64,000 nt of DNA from positions 32,001 through 96,000 of the forward strand of contig CAWIAD010000001.1 of assembly GCA_963833985.1 (NCBI GenBank), in the 5' to 3' direction. Below the pieces are notes generated by a model. That model was not told the DNA's origin and searched no databases. It saw only the letters and a program-made list of their open reading frames with translations. Every line of letters begins with the position of its first letter. The stretch's first letter is position 1. The translations under genes were made by a program, and so were the position numbers. Positions 1 through 10,396 of this stretch are shown here, one piece after another. This DNA is from an uncultured Planctomycetaceae bacterium. GTDB lineage: Bacteria > Planctomycetota > Planctomycetia > Isosphaerales > Isosphaeraceae.

Positions 1-2202
1 ATCGAGGAGATCCGGCCCGTTTATCACAACCGCACGATCGAGGCACTCATGGGCTACTCGCCCGAGGAGGTCCTGGCGTTAGGCTCCAGCGCCATGGCCA
101 CTCTCATTCATCCGGACGACCAGGTCCTTCTGCATGAACACTTCGCCAGGATGCGCGACCTCGGGGACGGCGAGAAAGTTGCCCTCGATTACCGGGTCAA
201 GGATGCGAAGGGCCAGTGGCGGCGGTTCCATGCCGAAGAATCGGTCTTCCAGCGCGGGGCCGACGGACGGGTGAAGCAGGTCATCGGCTCGGCAATTGAT
301 ATCACCGGGTTCCACCTCGCCGACATCACCACCCGTGATCGCCACGATCGGCTCCGCACGTTTGCCGACTCCGACATTGTCGGTATCGTCTTCGCCGACA
401 TTCATGGCGGCATCAGCTTCGCGAACGACGAGTACCTGCGGATCATCGGCTACAGCCGCGAGGAATTCAGCTCGGGAGGGATCCGGTGGACGGCGATCAC
501 TCCGCCGGAATGGCTTCCGGTGGACCAGCGGGCCATCGAGGAAGCGCTTGCCGGCCCCGGCGCTTGCCGGCCTTACGAAAAGGAATACATCCGCAAGGAC
601 GGCAGCCGGGTCCCCGTGCTCGTGGGCTTCACGCTCATCGAGACCGAGGAGACTGTCGCGTTCGTCCTGGACATCTCGGAGCGGAAACGGACCGAAGCGG
701 CGCTGCGCGAGGGTGAGGAGCGGCTCAGTCTGGCCATCGAGGGCGCACGGCTAGGCATGTGGGACTGGGACGTACAGAGCGGACGGGTGCTCTGGAACCG
801 CCATCACGAGCGGATCTTTGGATACGAACCCGGTCAGCCGGAACGCACCTATCGCGACTTCATCAGCCGCGTTCATCCGGACGACCTGCCGGCGATCGAG
901 GCCGGTTTTCAGAAGGCCATGGACGAACGCAGCGAATACCGCTTCGTGCACCGCGTGGTCTGGCCGTCTGGCAAGGTCCGCTGGGTGGAAGCCCACGGCC
1001 GCTTCTCGTATGACTCCCAGGGGCGCGCCGTTCGTTCGCTGGGAATCCTCACGGACATCACCGATCTGAAGCAGGCCGAGGAGGCGCTGCGCGAGGCGGA
1101 TCGCCGCAAGGACGAATTCCTCGCGATGCTGGCCCACGAGCTGCGAAACCCGCTCTCGGTGCTCAGCAACGCCATCCAGCTCTTCCGGTCTCCCACCGCG
1201 ACCGCGGACGATCTGTCGTGGGCGAGCGGCGCCGCGGAACGCCAGGTGAAGAACCTGGTGCGCATGACCGACGACTTGCAAGACATCTCCCGCATCACCC
1301 AGGGAAAAATCAAGGTGCGCAAGACGCGGCTCGACGCGTCGACCGTGGTGCTGCGGGCCGCGGAATCCGTCCGTCCGTTCTTCGACTCACGCGGGCACGA
1401 GCTGCTGGTCTCGGTGGACGCCCCCTTGCCGCTGGAAGGCGATCCGACCCGGCTGGAGCAGGTTCTCACGAACCTGCTGAACAACGCCGGCAAGTATACC
1501 GAGAAGGGTCGGCGCATCCGGCTCAGCGCGGGGGTGGAAGCAGACGCGGTGGTGCTCCGCGTGCGCGACACGGGGCTGGGGATCGCACCGGAGATGTTGC
1601 CCAGAGTGTTCGAGCTCTATGCCCAGGTGGACAGCTCGATCGCTCGGGCCCAGGGCGGCCTGGGAATCGGCCTGGCGCTGGTTCGCGCCCTGGTGGAGAT
1701 GCACGGCGGCCAGGTCTCCGCGGCCAGCGATGGGCCCGGCCAGGGAAGCGAGTTCACGGTCCGCCTCCCCCTCTGCCGCGAGTTTCCCGGGTCGTCTCGG
1801 GCGGCGACCGATGCGCCGAGCTTGCCTAAAGCTCGACCGGTCCGGGGGCGCAAGCTGCTGATCGTCGACGACAACCTTGACACGCTCCGGAGCATGGCGG
1901 TCCTGCTCCAGCTGTACGGCCACACCGTGGTCACGGCCGAGGACGGGCCGATGGCTCTGGAAATGTCGCGCGCGCATCGTCCGGAGGTCGTCCTCATGGA
2001 CCTTGGCCTGCCCGGCATGAGCGGGTACGAAGTGGCCGAGAGCCTGCGCTCCGCCGGATTGGACAATCCCGCGTTGATCGCGGTCTCCGGATATACCCAG
2101 AAGCGGGACCGCGAGAAGTCGCGTCTTGCCGGATTTGACTTCCACCTCGCCAAGCCCGTGGATCTCGAGACGCTGCTGGCGATCCTGGATAAACTGGACT
2201 GA
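1..2202 (+). CDS. Hybrid sensor histidine kinase (multiple PAS/PAC, HisKA, HATPase, receiver); 5'-partial
   Basis: Frame open from base 1. Three PAS/PAC repeats, H-box FLAMLAHELRNPL, N-box NLLNNAGKY, G-boxes DTGLGI/GGLGIGL, C-terminal receiver (IVDDN...MDLGLP...KP). Confidence 0.93.
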   Translation: MEEIRPVYHNRTIEALMGYSPEEVLALGSSAMATLIHPDDQVLLHEHFARMRDLGDGEKVALDYRVKDAKGQWRRFHAEESVFQRGADGRVKQVIGSAIDITGFHLADITTRDRHDRLRTFADSDIVGIVFADIHGGISFANDEYLRIIGYSREEFSSGGIRWTAITPPEWLPVDQRAIEEALAGPGACRPYEKEYIRKDGSRVPVLVGFTLIETEETVAFVLDISERKRTEAALREGEERLSLAIEGARLGMWDWDVQSGRVLWNRHHERIFGYEPGQPERTYRDFISRVHPDDLPAIEAGFQKAMDERSEYRFVHRVVWPSGKVRWVEAHGRFSYDSQGRAVRSLGILTDITDLKQAEEALREADRRKDEFLAMLAHELRNPLSVLSNAIQLFRSPTATADDLSWASGAAERQVKNLVRMTDDLQDISRITQGKIKVRKTRLDASTVVLRAAESVRPFFDSRGHELLVSVDAPLPLEGDPTRLEQVLTNLLNNAGKYTEKGRRIRLSAGVEADAVVLRVRDTGLGIAPEMLPRVFELYAQVDSSIARAQGGLGIGLALVRALVEMHGGQVSAASDGPGQGSEFTVRLPLCREFPGSSRAATDAPSLPKARPVRGRKLLIVDDNLDTLRSMAVLLQLYGHTVVTAEDGPMALEMSRAHRPEVVLMDLGLPGMSGYEVAESLRSAGLDNPALIAVSGYTQKRDREKSRLAGFDFHLAKPVDLETLLAILDKLD

Positions 2203-2266
2203 AGCTGCGGCGAAGCGTGGGACGAGACTCCATCGGCCGCGGCCGGAGTGCTCTCGGAGCAAGCCG

Positions 2267-3733
2267 ATGTCCGAATGGCTCACGAAAACCCTCAAGGCCG
2301 AGGTGCAGAGCTTGCTGCCGCTGGCAGGCGAGGACGATGACCTGCGCGCGGAGCTGCGGGCGCTCGCCCAGGAGATCCTCGCCGCGACGGAGCCGCCACC
2401 GGCCAGGGGTGAGCCGGCGAAAGCGCCTGCCCAGGGTCCCCAGGAAGAGCCGCGGCTTGAGCTGACGCTGGGCCAGAGGCGGACAAACCCTGACCGTCAT
2501 GCCCCGGTGCCGGAGCATCCAGACAGCAAGCCGGCGGCGGCCGGCGGATCCGAGCTGGACCGGCTGGAATTCCGGTGCCGGCGCAAGGCCGAGGCCGCAC
2601 GGTGGGCGGCGGAGTCCCAGCGGTTCGTCCGCGAGCGCGGCGAGGTCCCCGCGCCGGTAGTCGCGCTGGACGGGGAGCTGGCCGACTGGGCCGCCCAATG
2701 GACCGATGCGCTTTGCTGGGTAAGCCAGCGGGACACTGCCGATGCGACCGACATCGCGATCCTGGACGACCTTGCGGGATGCTTCGAGACACTGGCGGAA
2801 GCTCTGGCACTGGTCCGCGAGGCTCCTGCCCGCAGCAAGGCCTTCGACCGGGCGATCCGCCACCTGGCCGAGGCGCAATCGGCACTGCGGAGAGCGCTCG
2901 GGCGCCTGGATATCGGAAACGATTCCGACCAGGAAGCCGCGTTCGAGTGGGTGCGGGCGGCGGCGGCGCGGCAGCGCATCTATCTGGAACGGCACATGTG
3001 CGCCGACGACCTCGCCGACCCCACTGGCTGGCGCGATCTCCTGACGCGAATGGAACACGCCCGCTCGAGCGGCCGCTGGACTGACGAGCAGACCGCGCTT
3101 CTGGAGACGGCCCGCCAGCATGGCCACCGGCTCGCGGAGGGAGCAGGCGCCGCGGAAGACTGGCTGGCGCTGGCGGCCGCCGTTGCCGAGCTCGTGGCAC
3201 ACGGCATGCCGCCCAGCACGCGCGAACTCCGCGACCTGCTCTTGCCGCTCGTCGACGAGATTCCCGACCGCGATGACCTGCCAGTCGGTTTTCAGCGGGT
3301 ACTCCGCGAGATCGATCGCTTCCTGGCCACCCGCGGATTCAAGGCTGAGCCTGCCGCGGGGCCGGAGCCGACCGCTGAAGTGCAAGAGGCCGCACGGCTT
3401 CTGAACGGCAAGGCCGTGGTTCTCATCGGCGGCAGCCGGCGCCGCGATGCACAGGAAACACTCAGGCGCGCGCTGGGGCTGACCGCCCTGGTCTGGATCG
3501 AGACCAGGGAGCACCAGCCGGTGAGCAGCTTCGAACCCGTCATCGCACGCGGCGACGTCGCGCTGGTGCTGCTGGCCATCCGCTGGTCGAGCCACAGCTT
3601 TGGCGAGGTCCGCCATCTCTGCGAGCGGCACGGCAAGCCGCTGGTTCGTCTGCCGGGAGGCTACAGCCTGAACCAGGTGGCGGCACAGGTGCTTGCCCAG
3701 GCCAGCCAGCATCTCGGCATGGCCACCCCGTGA
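2267..3733 (+). CDS. Hypothetical protein, helical N-terminus with DUF2325-like C-terminal domain
   Basis: Long ORF with coding-like composition. C-terminus VVLIGG...VLLAIRWSSH...CERHGKPLVRL resembles the DUF2325 pattern. ATG 2267 chosen to avoid overlap with the upstream gene. Confidence 0.6.
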   Translation: MSEWLTKTLKAEVQSLLPLAGEDDDLRAELRALAQEILAATEPPPARGEPAKAPAQGPQEEPRLELTLGQRRTNPDRHAPVPEHPDSKPAAAGGSELDRLEFRCRRKAEAARWAAESQRFVRERGEVPAPVVALDGELADWAAQWTDALCWVSQRDTADATDIAILDDLAGCFETLAEALALVREAPARSKAFDRAIRHLAEAQSALRRALGRLDIGNDSDQEAAFEWVRAAAARQRIYLERHMCADDLADPTGWRDLLTRMEHARSSGRWTDEQTALLETARQHGHRLAEGAGAAEDWLALAAAVAELVAHGMPPSTRELRDLLLPLVDEIPDRDDLPVGFQRVLREIDRFLATRGFKAEPAAGPEPTAEVQEAARLLNGKAVVLIGGSRRRDAQETLRRALGLTALVWIETREHQPVSSFEPVIARGDVALVLLAIRWSSHSFGEVRHLCERHGKPLVRLPGGYSLNQVAAQVLAQASQHLGMATP

Positions 3734-3744
3734 CACCGGCGGCT

Positions 3745-4299
3745 TCAGTTCACCCTGGGGTCCGCCGGGAGCGACTTGAGACCGAGAAACTCGGAGAGCT
3801 TTCGCGCATGAATCTGCGCAACCACGGTGCGCCAGAGGTCTTTCTCGCCTTCCCAGAAGACGTGATCCTTCGTGGCGGGCAACGTCAGCCATGAATCCCA
3901 GTTGAACTCGCCTTCGAGCTGACCGGGGCCCCAACCCGAATAATTGGCGATGACCAGGGACGGCTCCGGGCGCTCGCGGATCACCTGCTGAACCGCGGCC
4001 GTCTCGAGCGTGACGAACACGCCCGGGATGATCTCGTGGTCCGCCAGGTTCTCAAGCGTATGCAAGACGGTGAGCGAGCCGGGCACCGGGCCTCCAAGCT
4101 GCAATGGCTTGTCCCAGGTGAAGTCCTCCTCGAAGATCCTTCCCGCCAGGTCCGTGATCTGGGTGTTGATCGGCTGATTGAGGATCAGGCCCATGGCTCC
4201 GTCCTGATTGTGCTCCAGCATCAAAAGCACCGACCGCGCGAACACCGGCGTGTCCAGTTGTGGGGCGGCGATCAGCAAGTGTCCCTTGAGCGATTGCAT
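3745..4299 (-). CDS. YqgE/AlgH (DUF179) family protein
   Basis: LLIAAPQL...FARSVLLMLEH...GAMGLILN, GGPV, YSGWGPGQLEGE motifs. Confidence 0.92.
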   Translation of the reverse strand: MQSLKGHLLIAAPQLDTPVFARSVLLMLEHNQDGAMGLILNQPINTQITDLAGRIFEEDFTWDKPLQLGGPVPGSLTVLHTLENLADHEIIPGVFVTLETAAVQQVIRERPEPSLVIANYSGWGPGQLEGEFNWDSWLTLPATKDHVFWEGEKDLWRTVVAQIHARKLSEFLGLKSLPADPRVN

Positions 4300-4428
4300 G
4301 AATTCATCCGCAGCCAGGGGGATCTGTCCATGGCTCACGCACTGTGGCCTACAAAATCCTATGAGTCATGGCAAGCTGCGGGAAATAGCCGTTCAAGGAG
4401 GCTGGCGCCCACACACGCAGATCCGGCC

Positions 4429-4755
4429 ATGACCTATGAGCTTCAGGGTGGTCCGGCTGGTGAGCCGAAATCAGTGTTGTTTCGCCAGCGCGCCGAGATT
4501 TGCATCAGAACCGGACAGGTCCTAGGTTTGGGTGAGGCAGATCCTGGGCAGGAGGATCATCGGGTGGACGGCGCAGCATTGCCAGGTAACGAATTGCCCG
4601 GACAGACCCGGCCCATTGACTTCCTGCGCCACCTGCTGGAGCGCCTGGGCTCGCCCGATCTCACTCTGCCGGAAGCCCGTTGCCTGCGAGTGCGGATTCA
4701 TCAGCTTCTGGGCGAGGTCAATCCGGACCAGCACCTTCCCGAGGTGTTCCCGTAG
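4429..4755 (+). CDS. Small hypothetical protein
   Basis: 108-aa ORF in the gap, divergent from the YqgE gene; helical C-terminus (FLRHLLERLGSPDLTL). No family recognised. Confidence 0.35.
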   Translation: MTYELQGGPAGEPKSVLFRQRAEICIRTGQVLGLGEADPGQEDHRVDGAALPGNELPGQTRPIDFLRHLLERLGSPDLTLPEARCLRVRIHQLLGEVNPDQHLPEVFP

Positions 4756-4809
4756 ATTCAATAAAGTTGAAATAGCGTTAACGAAAAAGGCCAAGAGGCT
4801 TGCGACGGA

Positions 4810-4939
4810 CTTGTTCCCACGCTCTGCGTGGGAACACCGATCGGGACGCTCTGCGTCCCATGGATTTCCCAGGCTCCGCAGGGGCCAAAACGACGCGGAG
4901 CGTCGCAGACGGCATTCCCACGCGGAGCGTGGGAACGAG
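4810..4939. repeat. REP/REPIN-like composite palindromic element
   Basis: Outer inverted arms CTTGTTCCCACGCTCTGCGTGGGAAC (from 4810) and ATTCCCACGCGGAGCGTGGGAACGAG (to 4939), each itself a hairpin. Inner hairpins GGGACGCTCTGCGTCCC and CGACGCGGAGCGTCG. Intergenic. Confidence 0.8.
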
Positions 4940-5033
4940 GGACAAACCTATGCCTGGACTCAACTTATCGCCATTTTCAATGGTATTGCAATTAGATTGA
5001 GTCCGCAAGCCGGCGCGCACACCGCCGCCAGCT

Positions 5034-5504
5034 TCACAGGTGGCAGCTCGCTCCGCCGGTTTTCTGAACATACTTCTGGTGATACTCCTCGGCGCGCCAG
5101 AAGGTGGAGGCGGGCGTGATCTCGGTGACGATCGGCCGCCGGTACCGGCCGCTGGCCTCAAGCCGCTCCTTCATGGACGTGGCAGCTGCACGTTGCGACT
5201 CGTCGTGCGTGAACACGGCCGAACGGTACTGGGTTCCGGAGTCGGGCCCCTGGCGGTTGAGCGTGGTCGGATCGTGGATCTCCCAGAAGATCTCCAGCAG
5301 CCGTTCATAGCCGACCTGGGAGGGATCGAAATGCACCTGGACCACCTCGGCATGGCCGGTCCGGTCGGTGCAGACGGCCCGGTAACTGGGGTTCTCCAGG
5401 TGTCCGCCCATGTAACCGACCGCTGTCTCGGTCACTCCCGGTACACGGCGAAATGCTTCCTCGACGCCCCAGAAGCAGCCCGCGCCGAATGTCGCTGTGG
5501 ACAT
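5034..5504 (-). CDS. msrA: Peptide-methionine (S)-S-oxide reductase
   Basis: GCFWG catalytic motif, [21 protein letters not shown]. Confidence 0.97.
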   Translation of the reverse strand: MSTATFGAGCFWGVEEAFRRVPGVTETAVGYMGGHLENPSYRAVCTDRTGHAEVVQVHFDPSQVGYERLLEIFWEIHDPTTLNRQGPDSGTQYRSAVFTHDESQRAAATSMKERLEASGRYRRPIVTEITPASTFWRAEEYHQKYVQKTGGASCHL

Positions 5505-5680
5505 GACTCACTCTCCCCTGGTGTTGCCGGTCGGTCTCCTCAAGAAGTTGTAGGGTGAACCCCGCACCAGAGCAAGCCCCGGCGATTTGGGGTATGCTCG
5601 GGATTCCTGAAAAGCATGGTCCGGATCGTGCCTGAGATGTCGCTCAGACCGGACGTACTCGACTGCTGCGAGGATTCTGA

Positions 5681-6814
5681 ATGAGCCCCGAGACGACCCA
5701 ACCACTGGCCGGCCCGCCGGACCGCAACGACCCGCTGCCCACGGCCGAGCTCTTCAGCCCCCTGGCCATCCGCGGGGTGACGCTGCGCCACCGGGTGGCG
5801 ATGTCCCCCATGTGCCAGTATTCCTCGCACGAGGGGCTGGCGAACGACTGGCATCTCGTTCACCTGGGCAGCCGTGCGGCCGGGGGCGTCTCGCTGGTGA
5901 TGGTCGAGGCGACGGCCGTGACCCGCGACGGCCGCATCTCACCGGGCGACATGGGAATCTGGGACGACGGGCAGATTGAACCCCTGGCCCGGATCGCCCG
6001 GTTCGTTCAGTCGCAGGGCGCCGTGCCGGGCATTCAGATCGCCCACGCCGGCCGCAAGGCCAGTTGCGACGTCCCCTGGAAGGGCGGTAAGAGCCTCAAA
6101 TCGCCGGCCGAAGGGGGCTGGACGGTCGTCGGGCCCAGCGCCATCCCCTTCCGCGCGGGTGATCCGGTACCGGTTGCACTCGATGAGGCCGGAATCGACG
6201 CTGTGGTTGCCGCCTTCGAGGCGGCGGCCCGGCGCGCCTGGTGCGCGGGCTTTCAGCTCATCGAGATCCACGCGGCACATGGTTACCTGCTGCATGAGTT
6301 CCTTTCACCGCTGGCCAATCAGCGCACCGACCGCTACGGCGGCTCGCTGGAGAACCGCATGCGGCTCCTGCTCCGGGTGGCCCATCGGCTGCGGTCGATC
6401 TTGCCGGAGACGATGCCGCTGTTCGTGCGCATCTCCGCCACCGACTGGGTGGACGGCGGCTGGGATGTCGACCAGTCCGTTGTCCTGGCGGGCCTGTTGC
6501 GCGACATCGGCATCGACCTCATCGACGTCTCGTCCGGCGCCATCGTGCCGGACGCGAAGATCCCGGCCGGTCCAGGCTTCCAGGTGCCGTTCGCGCGGAG
6601 GATCCGTGAGGAGGCCAGGATCAGGACCGGCGCGGTGGGCATGATCACCGACTTCGAGCAGGCGCGCACGATCATCGAGTCGGGGGCTGCCGACGTCGTG
6701 CTATTGGGGCGCGAACTGCTGCGCGAGCCGTACTGGGTACTCCGGGCGCAAGAGCACTTCGGCGTGCCGGCCGGCTGGCCCGTACCCTACGGCTACGCGG
6801 TGAAGAGGCGGTGA
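5681..6814 (+). CDS. NADH:flavin oxidoreductase, Old Yellow Enzyme (YqjM/NamA-like)
   Basis: MSPMCQYS, QIAHAGRKAS, EIHAAHGYLLHEFLSPL, YGGSLENR. Confidence 0.95.
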   Translation: MSPETTQPLAGPPDRNDPLPTAELFSPLAIRGVTLRHRVAMSPMCQYSSHEGLANDWHLVHLGSRAAGGVSLVMVEATAVTRDGRISPGDMGIWDDGQIEPLARIARFVQSQGAVPGIQIAHAGRKASCDVPWKGGKSLKSPAEGGWTVVGPSAIPFRAGDPVPVALDEAGIDAVVAAFEAAARRAWCAGFQLIEIHAAHGYLLHEFLSPLANQRTDRYGGSLENRMRLLLRVAHRLRSILPETMPLFVRISATDWVDGGWDVDQSVVLAGLLRDIGIDLIDVSSGAIVPDAKIPAGPGFQVPFARRIREEARIRTGAVGMITDFEQARTIIESGAADVVLLGRELLREPYWVLRAQEHFGVPAGWPVPYGYAVKRR

Positions 6815-6846
6815 GCCTGGCCAGTCCGGACGAAGGAGATCGCAGC

Positions 6847-7188
6847 ATGGCACTGAACGTTCGATTCGATGGAAACGTCGCCATCCTGAGCAACTTCGCC
6901 CGGCTCATGAACGACCCCAGGTACGTCGATGCGGCTCGCGACGTGGCAGGACTGCTCGATGAGGGTACACGGGCTTTCGTCATCGAGCTGGCCGGGGTGC
7001 GGGAGACCGGCTCCAGCTTTCTTGGGGTGCTCATGACGATCACCCGCGCCATCCGCGCCGCGGGTGCCGAGGCGGTGCTTGCTCATCCCAGCCGCGACGT
7101 GCAGGCGCACCTGGCCGAGATGAAGCTTGACGAGTACTGGGACGTCTTCGGTTCGGTGGACGAAGCCGTGCGCTTCTTCCAGCGCTGA
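6847..7188 (+). CDS. STAS-domain anti-sigma factor antagonist-like protein
   Basis: 113 aa; FVIELAGVRETGSSFLGVL resembles the STAS phospho-Ser region. AAGGAG RBS upstream. Confidence 0.75.
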   Translation: MALNVRFDGNVAILSNFARLMNDPRYVDAARDVAGLLDEGTRAFVIELAGVRETGSSFLGVLMTITRAIRAAGAEAVLAHPSRDVQAHLAEMKLDEYWDVFGSVDEAVRFFQR

Positions 7189-7206
7189 GCTCGGTGCACG
7201 GCCGCG

Positions 7207-8739
7207 CTAGCTTGCATTCCCGGAGAGCGCGGCTTCAATGGCCTGGATCGCACGCGTTGCCGCCTCGCTGGGCCGATACGCTGGCTCGGCGGCAGGGTCG
7301 CTTGCCACGGCCCTCAGTGCCGCGAGCGCGGACCTGGCCGAGGCGCCGAACCGGCCCAGCGCGGTGGCGGCTGCCGAGCGGACCGCCAGGTCTCTGGACT
7401 TGAGTGCCTCGGTCAGGACGGCCACCGCGGCGTCCGCGAACTCCGTGTTCGGGGCGAGCTTCGACAGTGCTTCCGCACACGACCACGCGGCGCTGGTCCC
7501 CCCGCTCCTGGGCTCCGCCTGGAAAGCCGCGATCAGGGCCGGGATCGCGGTCCGGGCCGGCGGGCCGATCGAGGACAGTGCGCTCGCCGCGTCCGACCGG
7601 CGGCTCGCGATCGCGGACTTCAGGTTGGCGCTCAGGGCGTCAAGAATCTCTGGACTGGCGGGAAAACAGGCCAGTGCCCATGCGGCTTGGCGCGCAGGGT
7701 TCGGCTGATCGTCGGGCCAGGACTTCTCAGGCTTCCGTTCCACGAACGGCTCTTGCAGGACCACCAGCAGCTCGGGTGTGGACGCCACGGCCTGCGGGCC
7801 CAGCCTGTACAGCAAGTACGCGGCGCATTCGCGAACCTCCGCGACCTTGCTGCGGAGCCGGTCACGAAGCACGGGCACAAGCGAGGGATCGGCCTCCGCC
7901 TGTCTCAGGCAGTTCCTCAGAGCCAGGCGAAACAGCGGTTGCACCGCTTCCAGCCGGGTGAAGAGCTCGGGCAGGAGCGGACGAAGCCCTTCCTTGTAAT
8001 TACTGCAAGCCGTCCCGGCCGACAGTCGCACCTTGTCATCCGGATCCTGCATGTGTTCGACGAGCGCACGCGGGATGCCGGGCGACAGGAACGGCCCGAT
8101 GTTTCCCAGCACCCAGGCGGCGAGGCCGCGGAATTCCGGAGCCGGATCGGCCAGTGTCGCGACAAGGGCTACCCGCACGTCGTCCCGGAGTGTCCCGTCG
8201 CAAGGCTCGAAGCCCAGGCAATAGGGCTGAGAACCAGAGCGGCCGAGGGGCATGGTGCGGAAGTGAACGGCGACCAGCGCTCTGAGGGCCTCGCGCCGCA
8301 CCTCGGCATCACCGTCTTGCAGGCGGCCCAGCAAGCCCCTGGTCACCACGCTCACCAGCGGCTGGTGCGCCTGCAACTCTTCGGGGGCGGGCTTCCAGCC
8401 GTCGAGCAGGCCGCGCATGACGGATCCGAGTGAGTTCGCGGCCGCGGCACGCACCTGGGCATCCTCATCGCCGAGCGCGAGTACCAGTGCGCTGAGGACT
8501 CGCTCGACCTCTCCGGGCTTCGGTGCGGCCACCAGTTCCCGTGCGGCCACGCGGCGGTCCACGGTGTCGCCATACTGCAAGACGCGGATGAACTGGTTTT
8601 GCGTTGTCTGCTCCCAGATCCGCAGGGACGACCAGATGAGCAGCGAGGAGATGGCCACCAGCAGCAGCAGAGTCCGGACGCTCACGCGGAACGGCCCGCG
8701 GCGCGGTTTGCCGGGAGCAGGTGCCGGTTCATCGCTCAT
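7207..8739 (-). CDS. Membrane-anchored HEAT-repeat protein
   Basis: N-terminal hydrophobic segment and repeated L.D.D..VR.AAA.ALG units. Confidence 0.85.
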   Translation of the reverse strand: MSDEPAPAPGKPRRGPFRVSVRTLLLLVAISSLLIWSSLRIWEQTTQNQFIRVLQYGDTVDRRVAARELVAAPKPGEVERVLSALVLALGDEDAQVRAAAANSLGSVMRGLLDGWKPAPEELQAHQPLVSVVTRGLLGRLQDGDAEVRREALRALVAVHFRTMPLGRSGSQPYCLGFEPCDGTLRDDVRVALVATLADPAPEFRGLAAWVLGNIGPFLSPGIPRALVEHMQDPDDKVRLSAGTACSNYKEGLRPLLPELFTRLEAVQPLFRLALRNCLRQAEADPSLVPVLRDRLRSKVAEVRECAAYLLYRLGPQAVASTPELLVVLQEPFVERKPEKSWPDDQPNPARQAAWALACFPASPEILDALSANLKSAIASRRSDAASALSSIGPPARTAIPALIAAFQAEPRSGGTSAAWSCAEALSKLAPNTEFADAAVAVLTEALKSRDLAVRSAAATALGRFGASARSALAALRAVASDPAAEPAYRPSEAATRAIQAIEAALSGNAS

Positions 8740-8856
8740 GGCCGTTTCACCCCGCATCGACCGAGGAGCGAAGCGCAAGGCAGGGGCCAACTGTATTTGC
8801 TGGCCCCCCTGCCCTTCACCTGACATGGCAGCCGCGGCTGGCCGGGTCCGCTGCGC

Positions 8857-10203
8857 TCAGTGGATGGAGAAGCCCTTGCGGTAATCGCGGCGGATGTACT
8901 GGTCGGCGGCCGAGCAGTTCCTGGCCTTCAGCGCGGCCGCGTCCCAGTCGATCTTCGAGCCCGTCTTGAGTGCGACGGTGCCCAGCAGGACCGTCTCGGT
9001 GAGCCGGCCGGCGTACTCGAAATTGGACAGGGCCTTGCTCGGATCGCCGGTCTTGATGGCCTGGACGAACTCGGTGAAGTGCCCCGGCGAGCGCGGCAAC
9101 GTCCGCTTCGGCTTTTCGTAATCCTTGAACTTCTCGCGGGGCAGCAAGACGTGCTCGGCACCGTAGTCGTTCTGCGAGAAGAACGAGCCCTTCTCGCCCA
9201 CCAGCAGCAGCCCGCTGTCGGGGAGCTTCTCGCCGTAGAGCATTTCCTTGTAGACCTTCTTGCTCTCGGGGAACTTGTCGCCGCCGTCGTACCAGGTCAT
9301 CGTGATCGGCCCGCGATGGTTGCGCGGCCCGAACTGGGTGCGGATGATCGACCAGACGGGATAGGTCTCTTGGTCGACGATGCCCGAGGTGTCAAGCACC
9401 TCGACGCTTTCCGGCTCGAACAATTCCAGCGCCATGCAGGCGACGTTGATGGTGTGGCAGGCCATGTCGCCCAGGGCGCCGGTGCCGAAATCGAGCCAGC
9501 CGCGCCAGTTGAATGGCTGGTAGTCGGGATGGTAGGGCCGATCGGGCGCTGCACCCAGGAATTCGTACCACCGCACATGATTCGGAACGCCCGGCGTTTC
9601 CTTGAACCGGCTCAGCCCCTGGGGCCAGATGGGCCGGTTGGTCCAGACGTGGATCTCCTTGATGGGACCGAGGAGTCCGGACCGGATAGTCTCGACGCCC
9701 GCGCGGAACCCGCCATCGGCGGTTCCCTGGTTGCCCATCTGGGTGCAGAGCTTCTTCTCGGCCGCCAGCGTCCGCATCGTGCGGGCTTCCTCGATCGACC
9801 AGGTGAGCGGCTTCTGGCAGAAGCAGTGCTTGCCCATCTTCATGGCCATGATGCTGGCCGGGGCGTGCGTGTGGTCGGGTGTGCTCACGGTGACGGCGTC
9901 GATCTTGTCACCGAGCTCCTCGAGCATCTTGCGATAGTCGTAGAACTTCTTGGCCCTGGGATACTTCGCACCCATCTTGTCAAGGGTGTGCGCGTCGATG
10001 TCGCAGAGGGCGACGATCTCGCCGTGGCCGCCGGCGTCGTTGGTGTCGCTGTCTCCCTTGCCGCCCACTCCGATACAGGCGAAGCGGACTTTTTCGTTGG
10101 GCGAGCGGGTCGGGGCCAGCGCGAAGGCTGGTGCGCCACCGGCCGCGAGGGACCCGGCCGCGCCCGCCAGCGCAGTCCCCGTCAAGAACTCACGACGTCT
10201 CAT
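8857..10203 (-). CDS. Gfo/Idh/MocA family oxidoreductase with Tat signal
   Basis: MRRREFL twin-arginine signal, IGVGGKG, STPDHTH, CQKPL, GALGDMACH. Confidence 0.93.
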   Translation of the reverse strand: MRRREFLTGTALAGAAGSLAAGGAPAFALAPTRSPNEKVRFACIGVGGKGDSDTNDAGGHGEIVALCDIDAHTLDKMGAKYPRAKKFYDYRKMLEELGDKIDAVTVSTPDHTHAPASIMAMKMGKHCFCQKPLTWSIEEARTMRTLAAEKKLCTQMGNQGTADGGFRAGVETIRSGLLGPIKEIHVWTNRPIWPQGLSRFKETPGVPNHVRWYEFLGAAPDRPYHPDYQPFNWRGWLDFGTGALGDMACHTINVACMALELFEPESVEVLDTSGIVDQETYPVWSIIRTQFGPRNHRGPITMTWYDGGDKFPESKKVYKEMLYGEKLPDSGLLLVGEKGSFFSQNDYGAEHVLLPREKFKDYEKPKRTLPRSPGHFTEFVQAIKTGDPSKALSNFEYAGRLTETVLLGTVALKTGSKIDWDAAALKARNCSAADQYIRRDYRKGFSIH

Positions 10204-10396
10204 GATCCAGGCACTCCATCCGAAAACTGGTAGGAAACGTATCGGCTCACCCTGTGCCCGACTCGAGATTCAGACTGCCCCGAGGGATAGGGCCGCTTAA
10301 GCGGTGGGCCTGCCCTGAACCCTTTCAGCATGACACGGCACCCGCGCGATGGCAATGCCGTGCTATTGCCGGGTGGCTCCGAGGATAGGGCGCAGC

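Noticed and set aside
4810..4939. CRISPR array
   Set aside because: Repeats are inverted and nested rather than direct with unique spacers, and no cas genes are in the window.
10293..10304. Palindrome CCGCTTAAGCGG upstream of the Gfo/Idh/MocA gene
   Set aside because: A single short palindrome with no supporting regulator or second copy; could be chance.
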